NCBI RefSeq assembly: GCF_000196355.1
Contig: NC_007614.1
Coordinates: 2,460,001 to 2,492,000 of the forward strand
Length of the DNA: 32,000 nt
Reading direction: 5' to 3'
Source of the DNA: Nitrosospira multiformis ATCC 25196
Lineage (GTDB): Bacteria > Pseudomonadota > Gammaproteobacteria > Burkholderiales > Nitrosomonadaceae
Shown here: one piece after another, positions 18,679-29,073 of the stretch
Position numbering within the stretch: the stretch's first letter is position 1
How the letters are laid out: every line of letters starts with the position of its first letter
The notes under the pieces: model-generated
The model's database searches: none
Told to the model about the DNA's origin: nothing
The model's input: the letters and a program-made list of their open reading frames with translations, nothing else
Made by a program: the position numbers and the translations under genes

Positions 18679-19272
18679 CTATTTGCGCGGGCCGGTGGGA
18701 AGACCGTCAGCGCGAAGGATAGTAGCCATGATTTCGGCGGTGCGTTCAGACACGCCTTCCCCCTTTAGCCAATCAATGACTTGCTGATTGGTAGGCGCGG
18801 TGGTTGGGTCTGACGGGTCGTAGTTGCTCCAGAAACGCTGGGCAGCACCTCCAAGCTTTCGCAGTAAATGGGTTTCGTGTCTGCCCCATGGCCAATCGAG
18901 ATTACTGAGTGTGATAGGTTCAGGTTGCCAGGGGAATTGTGCGGGGATGGGATACTGTATGCTTTTGAGCCAGGTAGCGAAATTTGTAAGCTTGACTTCG
19001 CTTTCTTCCAGTCCTTCCTCACTGCGTGAAAGCAGTTTCAAGAAACTGTTCGCGCCAATACTGGCCTTGGCTAGGCCAAGCAAATCCTCGAATTGCCGGG
19101 GCGGTTCCTTGAACGACCTTGCGAGTTGAGGTTGCTCGAACAGTTGGAAGCTCGCTGGATCAAGATCGCAAGCCAGCGCGACTGACTGCCAGAGTCTTGC
19201 CTGTTTAACCGATTTCCAGTTATCCCAATTTGGCTTGCGAAGTCCCCAAGGCCAAGCGTTATCTTCACTCAT
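18679..19272 (-). CDS. Hypothetical island protein
   Basis: 197-aa ORF in the integrase-to-AlpA interval; no recognised domain. Confidence 0.7.
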   Translation of the reverse strand: MSEDNAWPWGLRKPNWDNWKSVKQARLWQSVALACDLDPASFQLFEQPQLARSFKEPPRQFEDLLGLAKASIGANSFLKLLSRSEEGLEESEVKLTNFATWLKSIQYPIPAQFPWQPEPITLSNLDWPWGRHETHLLRKLGGAAQRFWSNYDPSDPTTAPTNQQVIDWLKGEGVSERTAEIMATILRADGLPTGPRK

Positions 19273-19298
19273 GGTTTTCCCGAGAGCCCATTACTTCT

Positions 19299-20549
19299 CT
19301 AGGCCACGCCATGCAAGGGGATGATTTCGGCACCAGCTTTGAGTTTGTCCAGGTAATCCGCCCATTGCTGCATCATCTTGCGACGCTCGGGTAGATGAGC
19401 GGTTCGATTATAGGCGCGGCCATTAGGGTCTCTTACCGAATGAGCTAACTGGTGTTCGATAAAGTCAGGACGAACGCCTAGCACTTCATCAAGAATGGTT
19501 CGCGCCATGGCGCGAAAACCATGGCCACTCATTTCTTCCTTGTCTATGCCCATGCGTCGCAGGGCAGCAAGGATTGCATTATCACTCATGGGCCGGCCAT
19601 TGGTACGCGCACCGGGGAAAACAAAGCGGCTTCTGCCTGTTAAAGCTTGCAGTTCCTTGAGGATTTCCACGGCTTGTGTTGAGAGGGGAACAATGTGCGG
19701 GGTATTGGTCTTGGTGACGGTATAGCGCCATTCCCCGCCATCCAGGTCTATATCCTTCCATTCGGCTTTGCGCAGCTCGCCTGGGCGCACAAATACCAGT
19801 GGAGCAAGGCGCAATGCACAACGTACAACGTGAGAACCTGTATAGCCATCGATTGCCCGCAGCAATGCGCCTACCTGTTTAGGTTCGGTAATGGCGGCAA
19901 AATGTTCTCCCTTCACCGGGGGAAGGGCGCCTCTCAAATCAGCGGAAATATCTCGGGTAGCACGTGCGGTTGCGATGGCATAGCGAAAAACTTGTCCACA
20001 GTTACCCAATGCCCTATGCGCGGTTTCCACTGCGCCCCTGCTTTCGATGCGCCGCACTGTTGCCAGCAGTTCAGGTGCTGCTATCTCGGAAATGGGCTTG
20101 CTACCAATCCAGGGAAAGATATCGCGCTCGAACCGGCGAATAATTCGCTCACCATGGCTTTCATTCCAGGTCGGGGAAAACTTCGCATACCATTCCCTGG
20201 TGATCACTTCGAAACTGTTTGTAGTCTTTTCCAGCTTAGCAGCTTTGACCGCTTTACGGTTTTCGCCGGGATCGACATCGGAAGCAAGCAACTTGCGAGC
20301 TTCGTCACGGCGATTACGGGCGTCTTTCAAGCTCACGTCGGGATAAACACCCATGGAGAGGGTTTTGCGTTTGCCGCCATAGCGGTAATCAAATCGCCAC
20401 CAGCGGGAGCCATTGGGTTTGAGCAGCAGGTATAGCCCGCGCTCATCTGTTAGCTTGAGAGGTTTGTCAGCAGACTTGGTATTGCGAATAGCGGTGTCGG
20501 TAAGTGCCATGACGGTAACTCCAGTTGGCGGTAACTCTATTACCGTCAA
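19299..20549 (-). CDS. Tyrosine recombinase/integrase (P4-type, N-terminal DUF4102-like arm-binding domain)
   Basis: LTDERGLYLLLKPNGSRWWRFDYRYGGKRKTLSMGVYPDVSLKDAR; catalytic RPGELRKAEW, MSGHGFRAMARTIL, HQLAHSVRDPNGRAYNR. Start may be internal at 20510 (MALTDTAIRNTK). Confidence 0.96.
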   Translation of the reverse strand: MTVIELPPTGVTVMALTDTAIRNTKSADKPLKLTDERGLYLLLKPNGSRWWRFDYRYGGKRKTLSMGVYPDVSLKDARNRRDEARKLLASDVDPGENRKAVKAAKLEKTTNSFEVITREWYAKFSPTWNESHGERIIRRFERDIFPWIGSKPISEIAAPELLATVRRIESRGAVETAHRALGNCGQVFRYAIATARATRDISADLRGALPPVKGEHFAAITEPKQVGALLRAIDGYTGSHVVRCALRLAPLVFVRPGELRKAEWKDIDLDGGEWRYTVTKTNTPHIVPLSTQAVEILKELQALTGRSRFVFPGARTNGRPMSDNAILAALRRMGIDKEEMSGHGFRAMARTILDEVLGVRPDFIEHQLAHSVRDPNGRAYNRTAHLPERRKMMQQWADYLDKLKAGAEIIPLHGVA

Positions 20550-20556
20550 GTTTACC

Positions 20557-20676
20557 GTCAGTTACCGTCGGATTTCAATAGATGAGTTTGGATTTGTTTG
20601 GACAACAAAAAACCCGCAAGCCTTTATTCATGCGGGTTTTCTGGATTTCTTTGGATTATTTTGGACTTTCAATTGG
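20557..20676. repeat. Direct repeat, ssrA-proximal att site (contains ssrA terminator and CCA end)
   Basis: 120-bp match to 10860-10979. Confidence 0.95.
20609..20641 (-). terminator. ssrA intrinsic terminator
   Basis: aaaacccgc / gcgggtttt hairpin just downstream of the tmRNA 3' end. Confidence 0.75.
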
Positions 20677-21035
20677 TGGAGGCGGCGGGAATTGAACCCG
20701 CGTCCGCAAGCCCTCTACAGGCAGTTCTACATACTTAGCCATGTTTTTTAATTTAACCTGGCATCCGTCAACCGGCGGACTGATGGCAGGCGAGTCACCT
20801 ATTGTTTAACGCCCTGTAAAGTAACCCTACCGGGCGCGATCCTCGTTAATGGCTCCGCTGTCTGTTGCCAGACCCGGCGTTGAGGCCCACCGGTGCGGAG
20901 TCCAGCCGGATTTAAGCGGCTAGAGCGTAGTTTTCGTCGTTTGCGACTATTGGTTTCCAGATGTATTTACGAGGTAACTGGTCCTCGGTATGCCCTGCTC
21001 TGTTTTGCAACCCACGTCGAAGCCAAGTCGCCCCC
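20674..21035 (-). ncRNA. ssrA: Transfer-messenger RNA (tmRNA)
   Basis: 5' GGGGGCGACTTGGCTTCGACGTGGG; 3' GGTTCAATTCCCGCCGCCTCCACCA; acceptor arms GGGGGCG/CGCCTCC pair; tag at 20912-20944 reads GCAAACGACGAAAACTACGCTCTAGCCGCTTAA = ANDENYALAA*. Confidence 0.98.
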
Positions 21036-21257
21036 GGCATTCTGTATTACGGCTAGTTAGATGACTGCGAACCGAAAGAGTTCAATGGGGGTGCTGCATA
21101 TTATTCCCGCAACAAACCTACCGCCAGCAGGATTCCCCTCGATTAGCAATAATATCACGGTCGGATTATACCCATTATTGTCGGGGGAGAGAACTCAAAC
21201 CCATTCCCAGATTTTGATGTTACCGAATAGTCATGTCTTCGAGGAAGAAACCTGTCC

Positions 21258-21282
21258 CAGGTCCTGGCACTGTTTCCCTTCG
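21258..21282. repeat. Palindrome accctctccctg-g-cagggagagggt, terminator- or REP-like
   Basis: 12-bp perfect arms; followed on the + strand by gtcttttt; a related palindrome occurs at about 21396-21420. Confidence 0.6.
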
Positions 21283-21461
21283 ACAGTTCAGGGCGAACAA
21301 CGGTCGAGAGATTGAATACCCTCTCCCTGGCAGGGAGAGGGTGTCTTTTTGAAACAAACGTCGGGCGAGGCGAAAATCCGTCGCTGCCTTCCCCCCCCTC
21401 TCCCTGCCAGGGAAGGGGCTTTTCCAGACGAGCAAATAAGAAAAGAGAGTGCGAACGGTTT

Positions 21462-22109
21462 TTACAAATAGCCGAGCAGTTCTTCGGGCCGGTCTATGAG
21501 GTATCTTGCACCCCAGGTTTCGGGGGCACCTACATTGCCGAGATAGCCGTATCTGGCGATGATGGGTTCCATGCCGGCGGCGAGGCTGGCCTGGACGTCG
21601 CGCAGGTCGTCGCCCAGATAGATGCATTCTTCCGGCGGGACGGCTATTGCTCCGCTCGCTGTAAGCAGAGGCTCGGGATGGGGTTTGGAGTGCGTGGTAT
21701 CGCCCCCGCTGATAAGGCAGGAAGCACGATTGCCCAAACCCAGCGCCTCGAGGAGCGGTACGGAAAAACGAGCGGGTTTGTTGGTGACGATGCCCCAGAT
21801 CAGGCCCCGGTCATCGAGCTGATCGAGGAGATCCGCGACCCCTGCGAACAAGAATGTCTCGCGGCAGAGGTGTTCCGCGTAGAAGTCGAGGAATTCGGTG
21901 CGCATGGCGTCATATCCGGCGTCCCCGGGCTTGATGTTGAATCCCAGGCCCAACAGGCCGCGCGCCCCCGCGGAAGCCTCGGTACGGATGAGCTCCAACG
22001 GCAGGGGCAGCAGCCCGCGGGCGATGCGCTGCCGATTCAGGGCATACCCGAGATCGGGGGCGGTATCGGCAAGCGTTCCGTCGAGATCGAAGAGAACGGC
22101 GTTAATCAT
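21462..22109 (-). CDS. gph: Phosphoglycolate phosphatase (HAD superfamily)
   Basis: MINAVLFDLDGTLADTAPDLGYALN...GIVTNKPARF...CLISGGDTTHSKPHPEPLL...YLGDDLRDVQASLAAGMEPI. Start moved to ATG 22109. Confidence 0.92.
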   Translation of the reverse strand: MINAVLFDLDGTLADTAPDLGYALNRQRIARGLLPLPLELIRTEASAGARGLLGLGFNIKPGDAGYDAMRTEFLDFYAEHLCRETFLFAGVADLLDQLDDRGLIWGIVTNKPARFSVPLLEALGLGNRASCLISGGDTTHSKPHPEPLLTASGAIAVPPEECIYLGDDLRDVQASLAAGMEPIIARYGYLGNVGAPETWGARYLIDRPEELLGYL

Positions 22110-22232
22110 GAAAGAAGCATGGATACGAACCGGAGGAATAAAGATGGGCGCCAATCCAGATTGATGATGTCACCGATGACCGGGCTCAACTGAAATGATC
22201 GCTTGGAGTCTGGCCTTGGAGCGCGAGGGGTT

Positions 22233-22952
22233 TCAGGCACGGAATGCCATGATGTAGTTCACATCGGTATCCTGTCCCAGGGAGTAAACTTTGGTGATGG
22301 GATTGTAGCTCATGCCGATTACTTCCTGCACATCCAACCCTGCTTCGCGCGCCATGCGTCCAAGTTCAGACGGTTTGATGAATTTGGCATAGTCGTGCGT
22401 CCCGCGCGGCAGCAGGTTCAACACGTATTCCGCCCCGATCACGGCAAACAGGTACGATTTGGGGTTGCGATTGATGGTCGAGAAGAATACCCAGCCACCG
22501 GGCTTGGCGAGCTCCGCGCAAGCTCTCACCGTGCTGACTGGATCCGGCACGTGCTCCAGCATTTCCATGCAGGTGACCACATCGTAATGATGGGGCTGCT
22601 CCGCCGCGAGCGCTTCCACTGAGCTCTTGCGGTAATTGACTTTATTCCCGCTTTCCAGCAGGTGCAGCTTTGCCACCTTCAGCGCCTTGTCGCCCAGATC
22701 GATGCCGGTTACCTGCGCGCCGCTCTCAGCCATGCTTTCAGACAGGATACCTCCGCCACAGCCGACATCCAGGACGTCTTTACCCGCCAGGCGGGCGTGG
22801 CGGTCTATGTAACCCAGCCGCAGCGGATTGATCTCATGCAGCGGCTTGAATTCACTGTTGGGATCCCACCAGCGATGCGCGAGCTGGTTGAATTTTTCCA
22901 GTTCCAGCAGATCAACGTTGACACTGCCATTTTCGATTTCTTTATCCATCAT
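22233..22952 (-). CDS. ubiG: Ubiquinone biosynthesis O-methyltransferase
   Basis: [33 protein letters not shown]...[26 protein letters not shown]; [14 protein letters not shown]. Confidence 0.95.
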   Translation of the reverse strand: MMDKEIENGSVNVDLLELEKFNQLAHRWWDPNSEFKPLHEINPLRLGYIDRHARLAGKDVLDVGCGGGILSESMAESGAQVTGIDLGDKALKVAKLHLLESGNKVNYRKSSVEALAAEQPHHYDVVTCMEMLEHVPDPVSTVRACAELAKPGGWVFFSTINRNPKSYLFAVIGAEYVLNLLPRGTHDYAKFIKPSELGRMAREAGLDVQEVIGMSYNPITKVYSLGQDTDVNYIMAFRA

Positions 22953-24295
22953 TTTTCGTGAACTGCTATCACGCCCGTTGTCATTTGTTCCCGCCAGAAT
23001 TCAGCCCTGTGCACCAATTCTTCCCGGTCCAGCGTAGTCAATTCCGAGTCACGCAGCAGCATTTTACCATTTACCCACACATGACTCACATGTTCACGTC
23101 CGGCAGCATAGACAAGATGGGAAACAGGGTCATAGCAGGGCGCCATATCAAGACTGGAGAAATCCACGGCGGCAATATCCGCAGCTTTGCCTGGAACAAG
23201 GGAACCGATACGGTCTCCCAACCCTAAAGCCCTGGCCCCGTTGAGCGTGGCCATTTGCAGCACCTGCCATGCAGGCAGCACTTCTGCCCTCCCGCTTTGT
23301 CCTTTTGCTAGGAGTGCCGCAAGCCGCATTTCCTCGAACATCTTGAGCCGACTGTTACTTGCAGCGCTATCCGTTCCCAATCCTACGTTGACGCCTGCTT
23401 CTATAAGAGCGGCAACGGGTGCCAGCCCACTCGCATGTTTAAGGTTGGAAGAAGGGCAATGGGCTACGGAACAGCCTTGCTGCGCCAGCAGTTCGATTTC
23501 TCCCCCGGTAAGATGCACCATGTGTACCGCAATCAGATTGGGTCCGAGCAGTCCGAGCTTGTGAATGCGCTCAAGGGGACGCATTCCATAGCTTTTCAGG
23601 CTGTTGTCGATTTCATCCCCGGTTTCGTGCAGATGAATGTGAATGGGTACATCCAACTGCTCTGCATAGGTGAGAACCCGGGACAAATTCTTGTCACCTA
23701 CGGTGTAAGGCGCATGTGGGGCAAAACAGAATGACAGGAGGGAATGCGGATTGTAATCGTCCCGCAGCGCCAGACCCTTGGTCAGATAGTCGTCAGGATC
23801 GCTGGCGTAGGCAGTGGGAAAGTCGATTGCGATCATGCCGATGCTGGCACGCATGCCCGCGGCCAATGCGGCGCGCGCAGCGGCTTCCGGAAACAGGTAC
23901 ATGTCATTGAAACAGGTAACTCCACCCTGCAGCATCTCGGCGCATGCCAGACGCGTACCATCGAAAACAAAACCCTGGTCCACGTGCTTCGCTTCCGCCG
24001 GCCAGATATGATGGGTTAGCCACTCCATCAAAGGCAGGTCATCTGCCATTCCTCGCATCAGCGACATGGCCGCATGCGTGTGGAGATTTATCAGGCCGGG
24101 AATGAGCGCGTGGCTGTTCATCACGACGCGTTCGCGCGGCTCGAATTGCACGTGTGCCTCGGCGCGGGGCAGGATTGCGCGAATCATGCCCTGGTCAATT
24201 GCAATGGCATGACCATGAAGCACCGCGCCCGCGGGCTCAACCGGGATTATCCAGCGTGCCTCCAGCAGCGTATCGATTTTTACCGGATCCATCAT
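22949..24295 (-). CDS. mtaD: TRZ/ATZ-family amidohydrolase, 5-methylthioadenosine/S-adenosylhomocysteine deaminase-like
   Basis: [102 protein letters not shown]. Confidence 0.85.
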   Translation of the reverse strand: MMDPVKIDTLLEARWIIPVEPAGAVLHGHAIAIDQGMIRAILPRAEAHVQFEPRERVVMNSHALIPGLINLHTHAAMSLMRGMADDLPLMEWLTHHIWPAEAKHVDQGFVFDGTRLACAEMLQGGVTCFNDMYLFPEAAARAALAAGMRASIGMIAIDFPTAYASDPDDYLTKGLALRDDYNPHSLLSFCFAPHAPYTVGDKNLSRVLTYAEQLDVPIHIHLHETGDEIDNSLKSYGMRPLERIHKLGLLGPNLIAVHMVHLTGGEIELLAQQGCSVAHCPSSNLKHASGLAPVAALIEAGVNVGLGTDSAASNSRLKMFEEMRLAALLAKGQSGRAEVLPAWQVLQMATLNGARALGLGDRIGSLVPGKAADIAAVDFSSLDMAPCYDPVSHLVYAAGREHVSHVWVNGKMLLRDSELTTLDREELVHRAEFWREQMTTGVIAVHEK

Positions 24296-24315
24296 CGCGG
24301 AAGCTTAGCAAAAAA

Positions 24316-24340
24316 AAACCCTGCCGCGATGGCAGGGTTT
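24316..24340. terminator. Intrinsic terminator aaaccctgcc-gcgat-ggcagggttt
   Basis: 10-bp perfect stem, T-rich/A-rich flanks, between the OmpA-family gene and the mtaD-like gene. Confidence 0.85.
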
Positions 24341-24372
24341 GATTTTTTTGCGTTTTTTATATATGGATCGAA

Positions 24373-25050
24373 TTATTGTACTGTTTCCTTCGTACCGGCG
24401 ACTTCAACTTCGACGCGACGGTCGGGTTGCAGACAGGCGATCAGAGCCTTCGTCTTCTTGTTACCCTTGCAGGTATCGCCCGTTACAGGATTAGCTTCGC
24501 CTTTGCCGTCGATGAAGATGCGATCAGCCGGGATGCCTTTTTCGTTGACCAGGTAAGCCTTGACGGATTCGGCGCGGCGCATGGAAAGTTTCTTGTTATA
24601 GGCATCGCTGCCGAGACGGTCGGCATAACCGATGGCAACGATGGTGTCGTATTTGACGCCACCAAGCTTGGCCACAAGATCATCCAGGGTCTGTTTGCCT
24701 TCTGGCCTCAGGTTGGCCTTGTCGAAATCGAACAGTTGATCGGCGGAGAGCGAGATTTTCTCAGGCTCGGTATAAACAGGAGCAGGAGCAGGGGCAGGGG
24801 TGGGTTCTGGAGCGGGGGCTTCGACTTTTTTCTCGGGTTTTGGCAGCAGATCAGGGTCGCACTCATAGGTTGCCATTGCAGGTGTCCAATAACCGGTGCG
24901 CCAGCAGTCTCCGGAAGAATCTCTGACTACTTCGCCAACGCTATCGACCGCGTAGGCCTCAGGTATCTCCTGAGCCATAGCGACGCCTGAAAACAGCACT
25001 GGCAAAACAGCTGCTCCAAGCAAGAGTTTTTTCGTTACTGTATTTTTCAT
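24373..25050 (-). CDS. OmpA-family outer membrane protein
   Basis: Signal peptide MKNTVTKKLLLGAAVLPVLFSGVAMAQ; Pro-rich linker; C-terminal LFDFDKANLRPEGKQTLDDLV...IVAIGYADRLGSDAYNKKLSMRRAESVKAYLV. Start moved to ATG 25050. Confidence 0.93.
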   Translation of the reverse strand: MKNTVTKKLLLGAAVLPVLFSGVAMAQEIPEAYAVDSVGEVVRDSSGDCWRTGYWTPAMATYECDPDLLPKPEKKVEAPAPEPTPAPAPAPVYTEPEKISLSADQLFDFDKANLRPEGKQTLDDLVAKLGGVKYDTIVAIGYADRLGSDAYNKKLSMRRAESVKAYLVNEKGIPADRIFIDGKGEANPVTGDTCKGNKKTKALIACLQPDRRVEVEVAGTKETVQ

Positions 25051-25355
25051 GCTATGCCCCTTTTTAGAAAAACTAAGATTCAAGATCAGATCATCCCTGT
25101 AAGTCATGCAAATGAAAAGACTAAGCCGCCTCATTGCGGCATCGCGCATCATTGCATAATCGCGCTTTGATTATGTATTCATATATTTGTCCTTGTCAAA
25201 TAGGGGTGTTGCAATCGGCATGAAAACCGGGCTTTCCGGGTGACTCCCCTACGGGCGGCATGCTAAAATGGGGGGCTTTATATGCCGATATCAGGAAAGA
25301 AATATATCCTCGATATGTTCCCGTTCCCGCAAGTTCTTGTCCCCCTTCAAAAGTA

Positions 25356-27941
25356 ATGGATCAATTCGCGAAAGAAACCCTGCAGATCAGTCTCGAAGAG
25401 GAAATGCGCCGCTCCTATCTCGACTACGCCATGAGCGTCATCGTGGGACGCGCATTACCCGACGTGCGCGACGGCCTGAAACCGGTGCATCGCCGGGTTC
25501 TATTCGCTATGCATGAACTCTCCAACGACTGGAACCGTCCCTACAAAAAATCGGCGCGCGTCGTCGGTGATGTCATCGGTAAATATCACCCGCACGGCGA
25601 TACTGCCGTATATGACACTATAGTACGGATGGCGCAGAATTTCTCGCTGCGCTACATGCTCGTGGATGGACAGGGCAACTTCGGCTCCGTGGATGGCGAC
25701 AACCCGGCGGCAATGCGTTATACCGAAATCCGCATGTCTCGCATCGCGCATGAAATGCTGGCCGATCTGGATAAGGAAACGGTTGATTTCGGCCCTAACT
25801 ATGACGGCACCGAGAAAGAACCGCTGATCCTGCCGACCAAAATCCCGAACCTGCTTATCAATGGTTCGTCCGGGATTGCGGTGGGCATGGCAACCAATAT
25901 TCCGCCACATAACCTGAATGAAGTGACGGATGCCTGCCTCGCCCTGCTGAAGAACCCCGAAATCGCCATCGAGGATCTGATCGAACTGATACCGGGCCCG
26001 GATTTTCCCACCGCCGCGCTGATCTATGGCGTGACCGGCGTAAAAGAAGGCTACCGCACGGGCCGCGGGCGCGTAATCATGCGCGCGCGCACTCACTTCG
26101 AGGATATGGAAAAAGGGGGCGGACGCCAGAGCATCGTTATCGACGAGCTGCCCTACCAGGTAAACAAGGCCAATCTGCTTATCCGTATCGGCGAGTTGGT
26201 GCGGGATAAGAAAATCGAAGGCATTTCCGATTTGCGCGATGAATCGGATAAATCGGGGATGCGCGTGGTTATCGAACTGCGCCGCAACGAAGTACCCGAG
26301 GTGGTGCTGAACAATCTCTATAAAGAAACGCAAATGCAGGACACCTTCGGCATGAACATGGTGGCCCTGCTTGACGGGCAGCCGCGGCTACTGAATTTGA
26401 AGCAGATGCTGGAGGCGTTCTTGCGCCACCGGCGCGAGGTCGTTACGCGGCGCAGCGTATTCGAGTTGAAAAAGGCCCGTGAACGCGGCCATGTGCTGGA
26501 GGGACTCGCTGTCGCCTTATCCAACGTGGATGAAGTGATTGCCCTGATCAAGGCAGCGCAGACGCCTGCAGCAGCCAAGGAAGCATTGATGTCGCGGGTG
26601 TGGCGCTCGCGACTGGTGGAGCAGATGCTGGCACGCGCTGCAGTGGATGCGAAGCAATTCCGACCCGAGGGCCTGGCGCCCGAATACGGGTTATTTGATG
26701 ACGGCTATCATCTTTCCGATGGACAGGCACAAGCTATACTGGAATTGCGCCTGCAACGCCTGACGGGGCTCGAGCAGGACAAGATTGTCAGCGAGTATAG
26801 GGATGTGATGGAGAGAATAGCCGACCTTCTCGACATTCTTGCCCGCCCGGAGCGTATCACGGCCATCATCACCGAGGAGCTTGTTGCGATGAAGCAACAG
26901 TTTGGTGATAAACGCCGCAGCGAGATCGTCATCAATACTCAGGATTTGAGCATGGAGGACCTGATCGCATCCGAGGATGTGGTCGTGACGCTATCGCACA
27001 ATGGATACATCAAATCCCAGCCGCTCGACGACTATCGCGCGCAGAAACGGGGCGGCCGGGGGAAGCAGGCAACAGGCACCAAAGATGATGATTTCATCGA
27101 TAACCTGTTTATCGCCAATACGCACGACTATATTCTCTGCTTTTCCAGCCGGGGGAGGGTCTACTGGATCAAGGTGTATTCCGTGCCGCAGGGAGGACGC
27201 GCTTCCCGCGGCAGGCCTATCGTCAACCTGATGCAACTGGAATACGGCGAGAAGATCAATGCCGTTCTTCCGATAAAGACATTCGATGACAACCGTTATG
27301 TATTCATGGCAACTTCTCTGGGCACGGTGAAAAAAACACCCCTGTCGGAGTTTTCGCGGCCGCGCGCGAGTGGCATCATAGCGGTAGGTCTCGACGAGGA
27401 TGATTTCCTGATCGGCGTAGCGCTGACCGAGGGCAAGCATGATGTGATGCTCTTCTCCGATGGAGGGAAAGCCGTGCGTTTCGATGAGAACGACGTACGC
27501 CCGATGGGACGGGGCGCGCGGGGTGTGCGCGGGATGACGCTGGGCAAGGGGCAAAAGGTGATTTCGCTGCTGGTGGCCGAGAGCGAGGAGCAGGCGGTGC
27601 TGACCGCAACCGAGAATGGCTATGGCAAACGTACTCCCATCAGCGAATACACTCGTCACGGCCGGGGTTCGCAGGGCATGATTGCGATCAAGACCACCCA
27701 GCGCAACGGCAAGGTCGTGGGGGCGCGCCTGGTGCGCGAGGACGACGAAATCATGCTCATCACGACCGGTGGCGTGCTGATCCGCACACGCGTGAAAGAG
27801 GTGCGCGAGATGAGCCGGGCAACACAGGGCGTGATACTGATCAACCTGGATGAGGGTGAGAAGCTTGCCGGGCTGGAAAGGGTCGTGGAAACTGACGAAG
27901 CGCCAGGATTAGGGGAAGGCTTAGCCACGGATTTGCCGTGA
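25356..27941 (+). CDS. gyrA: DNA gyrase subunit A
   Basis: [40 protein letters not shown]; [30 protein letters not shown]; GyrA box QRGGRGKQA ([12 protein letters not shown]). Start moved to ATG 25356. Confidence 0.98.
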   Translation: MDQFAKETLQISLEEEMRRSYLDYAMSVIVGRALPDVRDGLKPVHRRVLFAMHELSNDWNRPYKKSARVVGDVIGKYHPHGDTAVYDTIVRMAQNFSLRYMLVDGQGNFGSVDGDNPAAMRYTEIRMSRIAHEMLADLDKETVDFGPNYDGTEKEPLILPTKIPNLLINGSSGIAVGMATNIPPHNLNEVTDACLALLKNPEIAIEDLIELIPGPDFPTAALIYGVTGVKEGYRTGRGRVIMRARTHFEDMEKGGGRQSIVIDELPYQVNKANLLIRIGELVRDKKIEGISDLRDESDKSGMRVVIELRRNEVPEVVLNNLYKETQMQDTFGMNMVALLDGQPRLLNLKQMLEAFLRHRREVVTRRSVFELKKARERGHVLEGLAVALSNVDEVIALIKAAQTPAAAKEALMSRVWRSRLVEQMLARAAVDAKQFRPEGLAPEYGLFDDGYHLSDGQAQAILELRLQRLTGLEQDKIVSEYRDVMERIADLLDILARPERITAIITEELVAMKQQFGDKRRSEIVINTQDLSMEDLIASEDVVVTLSHNGYIKSQPLDDYRAQKRGGRGKQATGTKDDDFIDNLFIANTHDYILCFSSRGRVYWIKVYSVPQGGRASRGRPIVNLMQLEYGEKINAVLPIKTFDDNRYVFMATSLGTVKKTPLSEFSRPRASGIIAVGLDEDDFLIGVALTEGKHDVMLFSDGGKAVRFDENDVRPMGRGARGVRGMTLGKGQKVISLLVAESEEQAVLTATENGYGKRTPISEYTRHGRGSQGMIAIKTTQRNGKVVGARLVREDDEIMLITTGGVLIRTRVKEVREMSRATQGVILINLDEGEKLAGLERVVETDEAPGLGEGLATDLP

Positions 27942-27984
27942 ACAGCCAGAGTAAGAACTCATGAGGAATTCATAAGGAACTCCG

Positions 27985-29073
27985 ATGGAACCCATCTATA
28001 ACTTCAGCGCAGGTCCGGCGGTATTACCAAAGGAAGTTTTGCAGCAGGCGCGTGACGAAATGCTTGATTGGCACGGCAGCGGTATGTCGGTGATGGAAAT
28101 GAGTCACCGCGGCAAGGAATTCATGTCCATTGCGGCCAGGCTCGAGACGGATTTGCGGGAATTGGCGAGCATCCCGCCCAACTACAAGGTACTCTTTTTG
28201 TCCGGCGGCGCTTCCAGCCAGTTCGCGATGGTGCCGATGAACCTGGTGCGCGGAAAGAAAAGCGCCAACTATATCAATACTGGCCAGTGGTCCACGAAAG
28301 CGCTCAAGGAAGCGAAAAAATATTGCGCCGTTCATGTTGCAGCTTCCTCGGAAGATGCAAATTTTACGTATGCTCCCACCCAGGATAAATGGAACATCGA
28401 TCCGGAGGGAGCTTATCTGCACTACACGCCCAATGAGACGATTGGCGGAGTGGAGTTCAACTGGATTCCGGACTTGTCGGGTACCGATATACCCCTGGTG
28501 GCGGACATTTCTTCCGCCTTTATGTCACGCCCCCTGGATGTAAGCCGGTTTGGGCTGATTTATGCCGGCACTCAGAAAAACGTGGGTCCCGCAGGCCTCT
28601 GTATCGTCATCGTGCGCGAGGACCTGATAGGAACAACCGTGCCGGGCACACCGACCATGTTCGATTACAAGATTCACGCCGACAACGACTCCATGTACAA
28701 CACGCCGCCGACTTATGCGATGTATATCACGGGGCTGGTGGTGGAATGGCTGAAACAGAAAGGCGGGCTTCAGGCAATGGAGAAAATCAACATTGCCAAG
28801 GCGCGTCTGCTGTACGACTTTCTGGACACTACTGATTTTTATCATTGCCCCGTGGCGAAACCCGACCGGTCGCGCATGAATGTGCCGTTCACTTTAAAAG
28901 ATCCGGGGCTCGATGAAGAGTTTCTGAAACAGGCCCGAACGCACGGCCTCATCCAGTTGAAAGGCCATCGTTCTGTCGGCGGCATGCGCGCTTCGATATA
29001 CAATGCGATGCCGCTTGAAGGCGTAAAGGTCTTGGTGGAATTCATGAAGGAATTTGCGAGCAATCATGCCTGA
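27985..29073 (+). CDS. serC: Phosphoserine aminotransferase
   Basis: IYNFSAGPAVLPKEVLQQA...GMSVMEMSHRGKEF...YAGTQKNVGPAGLCIVIVR...VGGMRASIYNAMP. Confidence 0.97.
   Translation: MEPIYNFSAGPAVLPKEVLQQARDEMLDWHGSGMSVMEMSHRGKEFMSIAARLETDLRELASIPPNYKVLFLSGGASSQFAMVPMNLVRGKKSANYINTGQWSTKALKEAKKYCAVHVAASSEDANFTYAPTQDKWNIDPEGAYLHYTPNETIGGVEFNWIPDLSGTDIPLVADISSAFMSRPLDVSRFGLIYAGTQKNVGPAGLCIVIVREDLIGTTVPGTPTMFDYKIHADNDSMYNTPPTYAMYITGLVVEWLKQKGGLQAMEKINIAKARLLYDFLDTTDFYHCPVAKPDRSRMNVPFTLKDPGLDEEFLKQARTHGLIQLKGHRSVGGMRASIYNAMPLEGVKVLVEFMKEFASNHA

Larger units (their letters stand above)
10860..20676. mobile_element. Integrative element (~9.8 kb, P4-like gene plan) inserted at the ssrA 3' end, carrying a type III-like restriction-modification pair
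   Basis: 120-bp direct repeats; tyrosine integrase next to the ssrA-proximal repeat; AlpA-like and DUF927 genes; accessory mod/res; all genes on the minus strand. Confidence 0.9.

Noticed and set aside
21898-24990. Plus-strand ORFs opposite gph, ubiG, mtaD-like and OmpA genes (including 24376-24990, 204 aa)
   Set aside because: Each overlaps a strongly recognised minus-strand gene and has no domain of its own.
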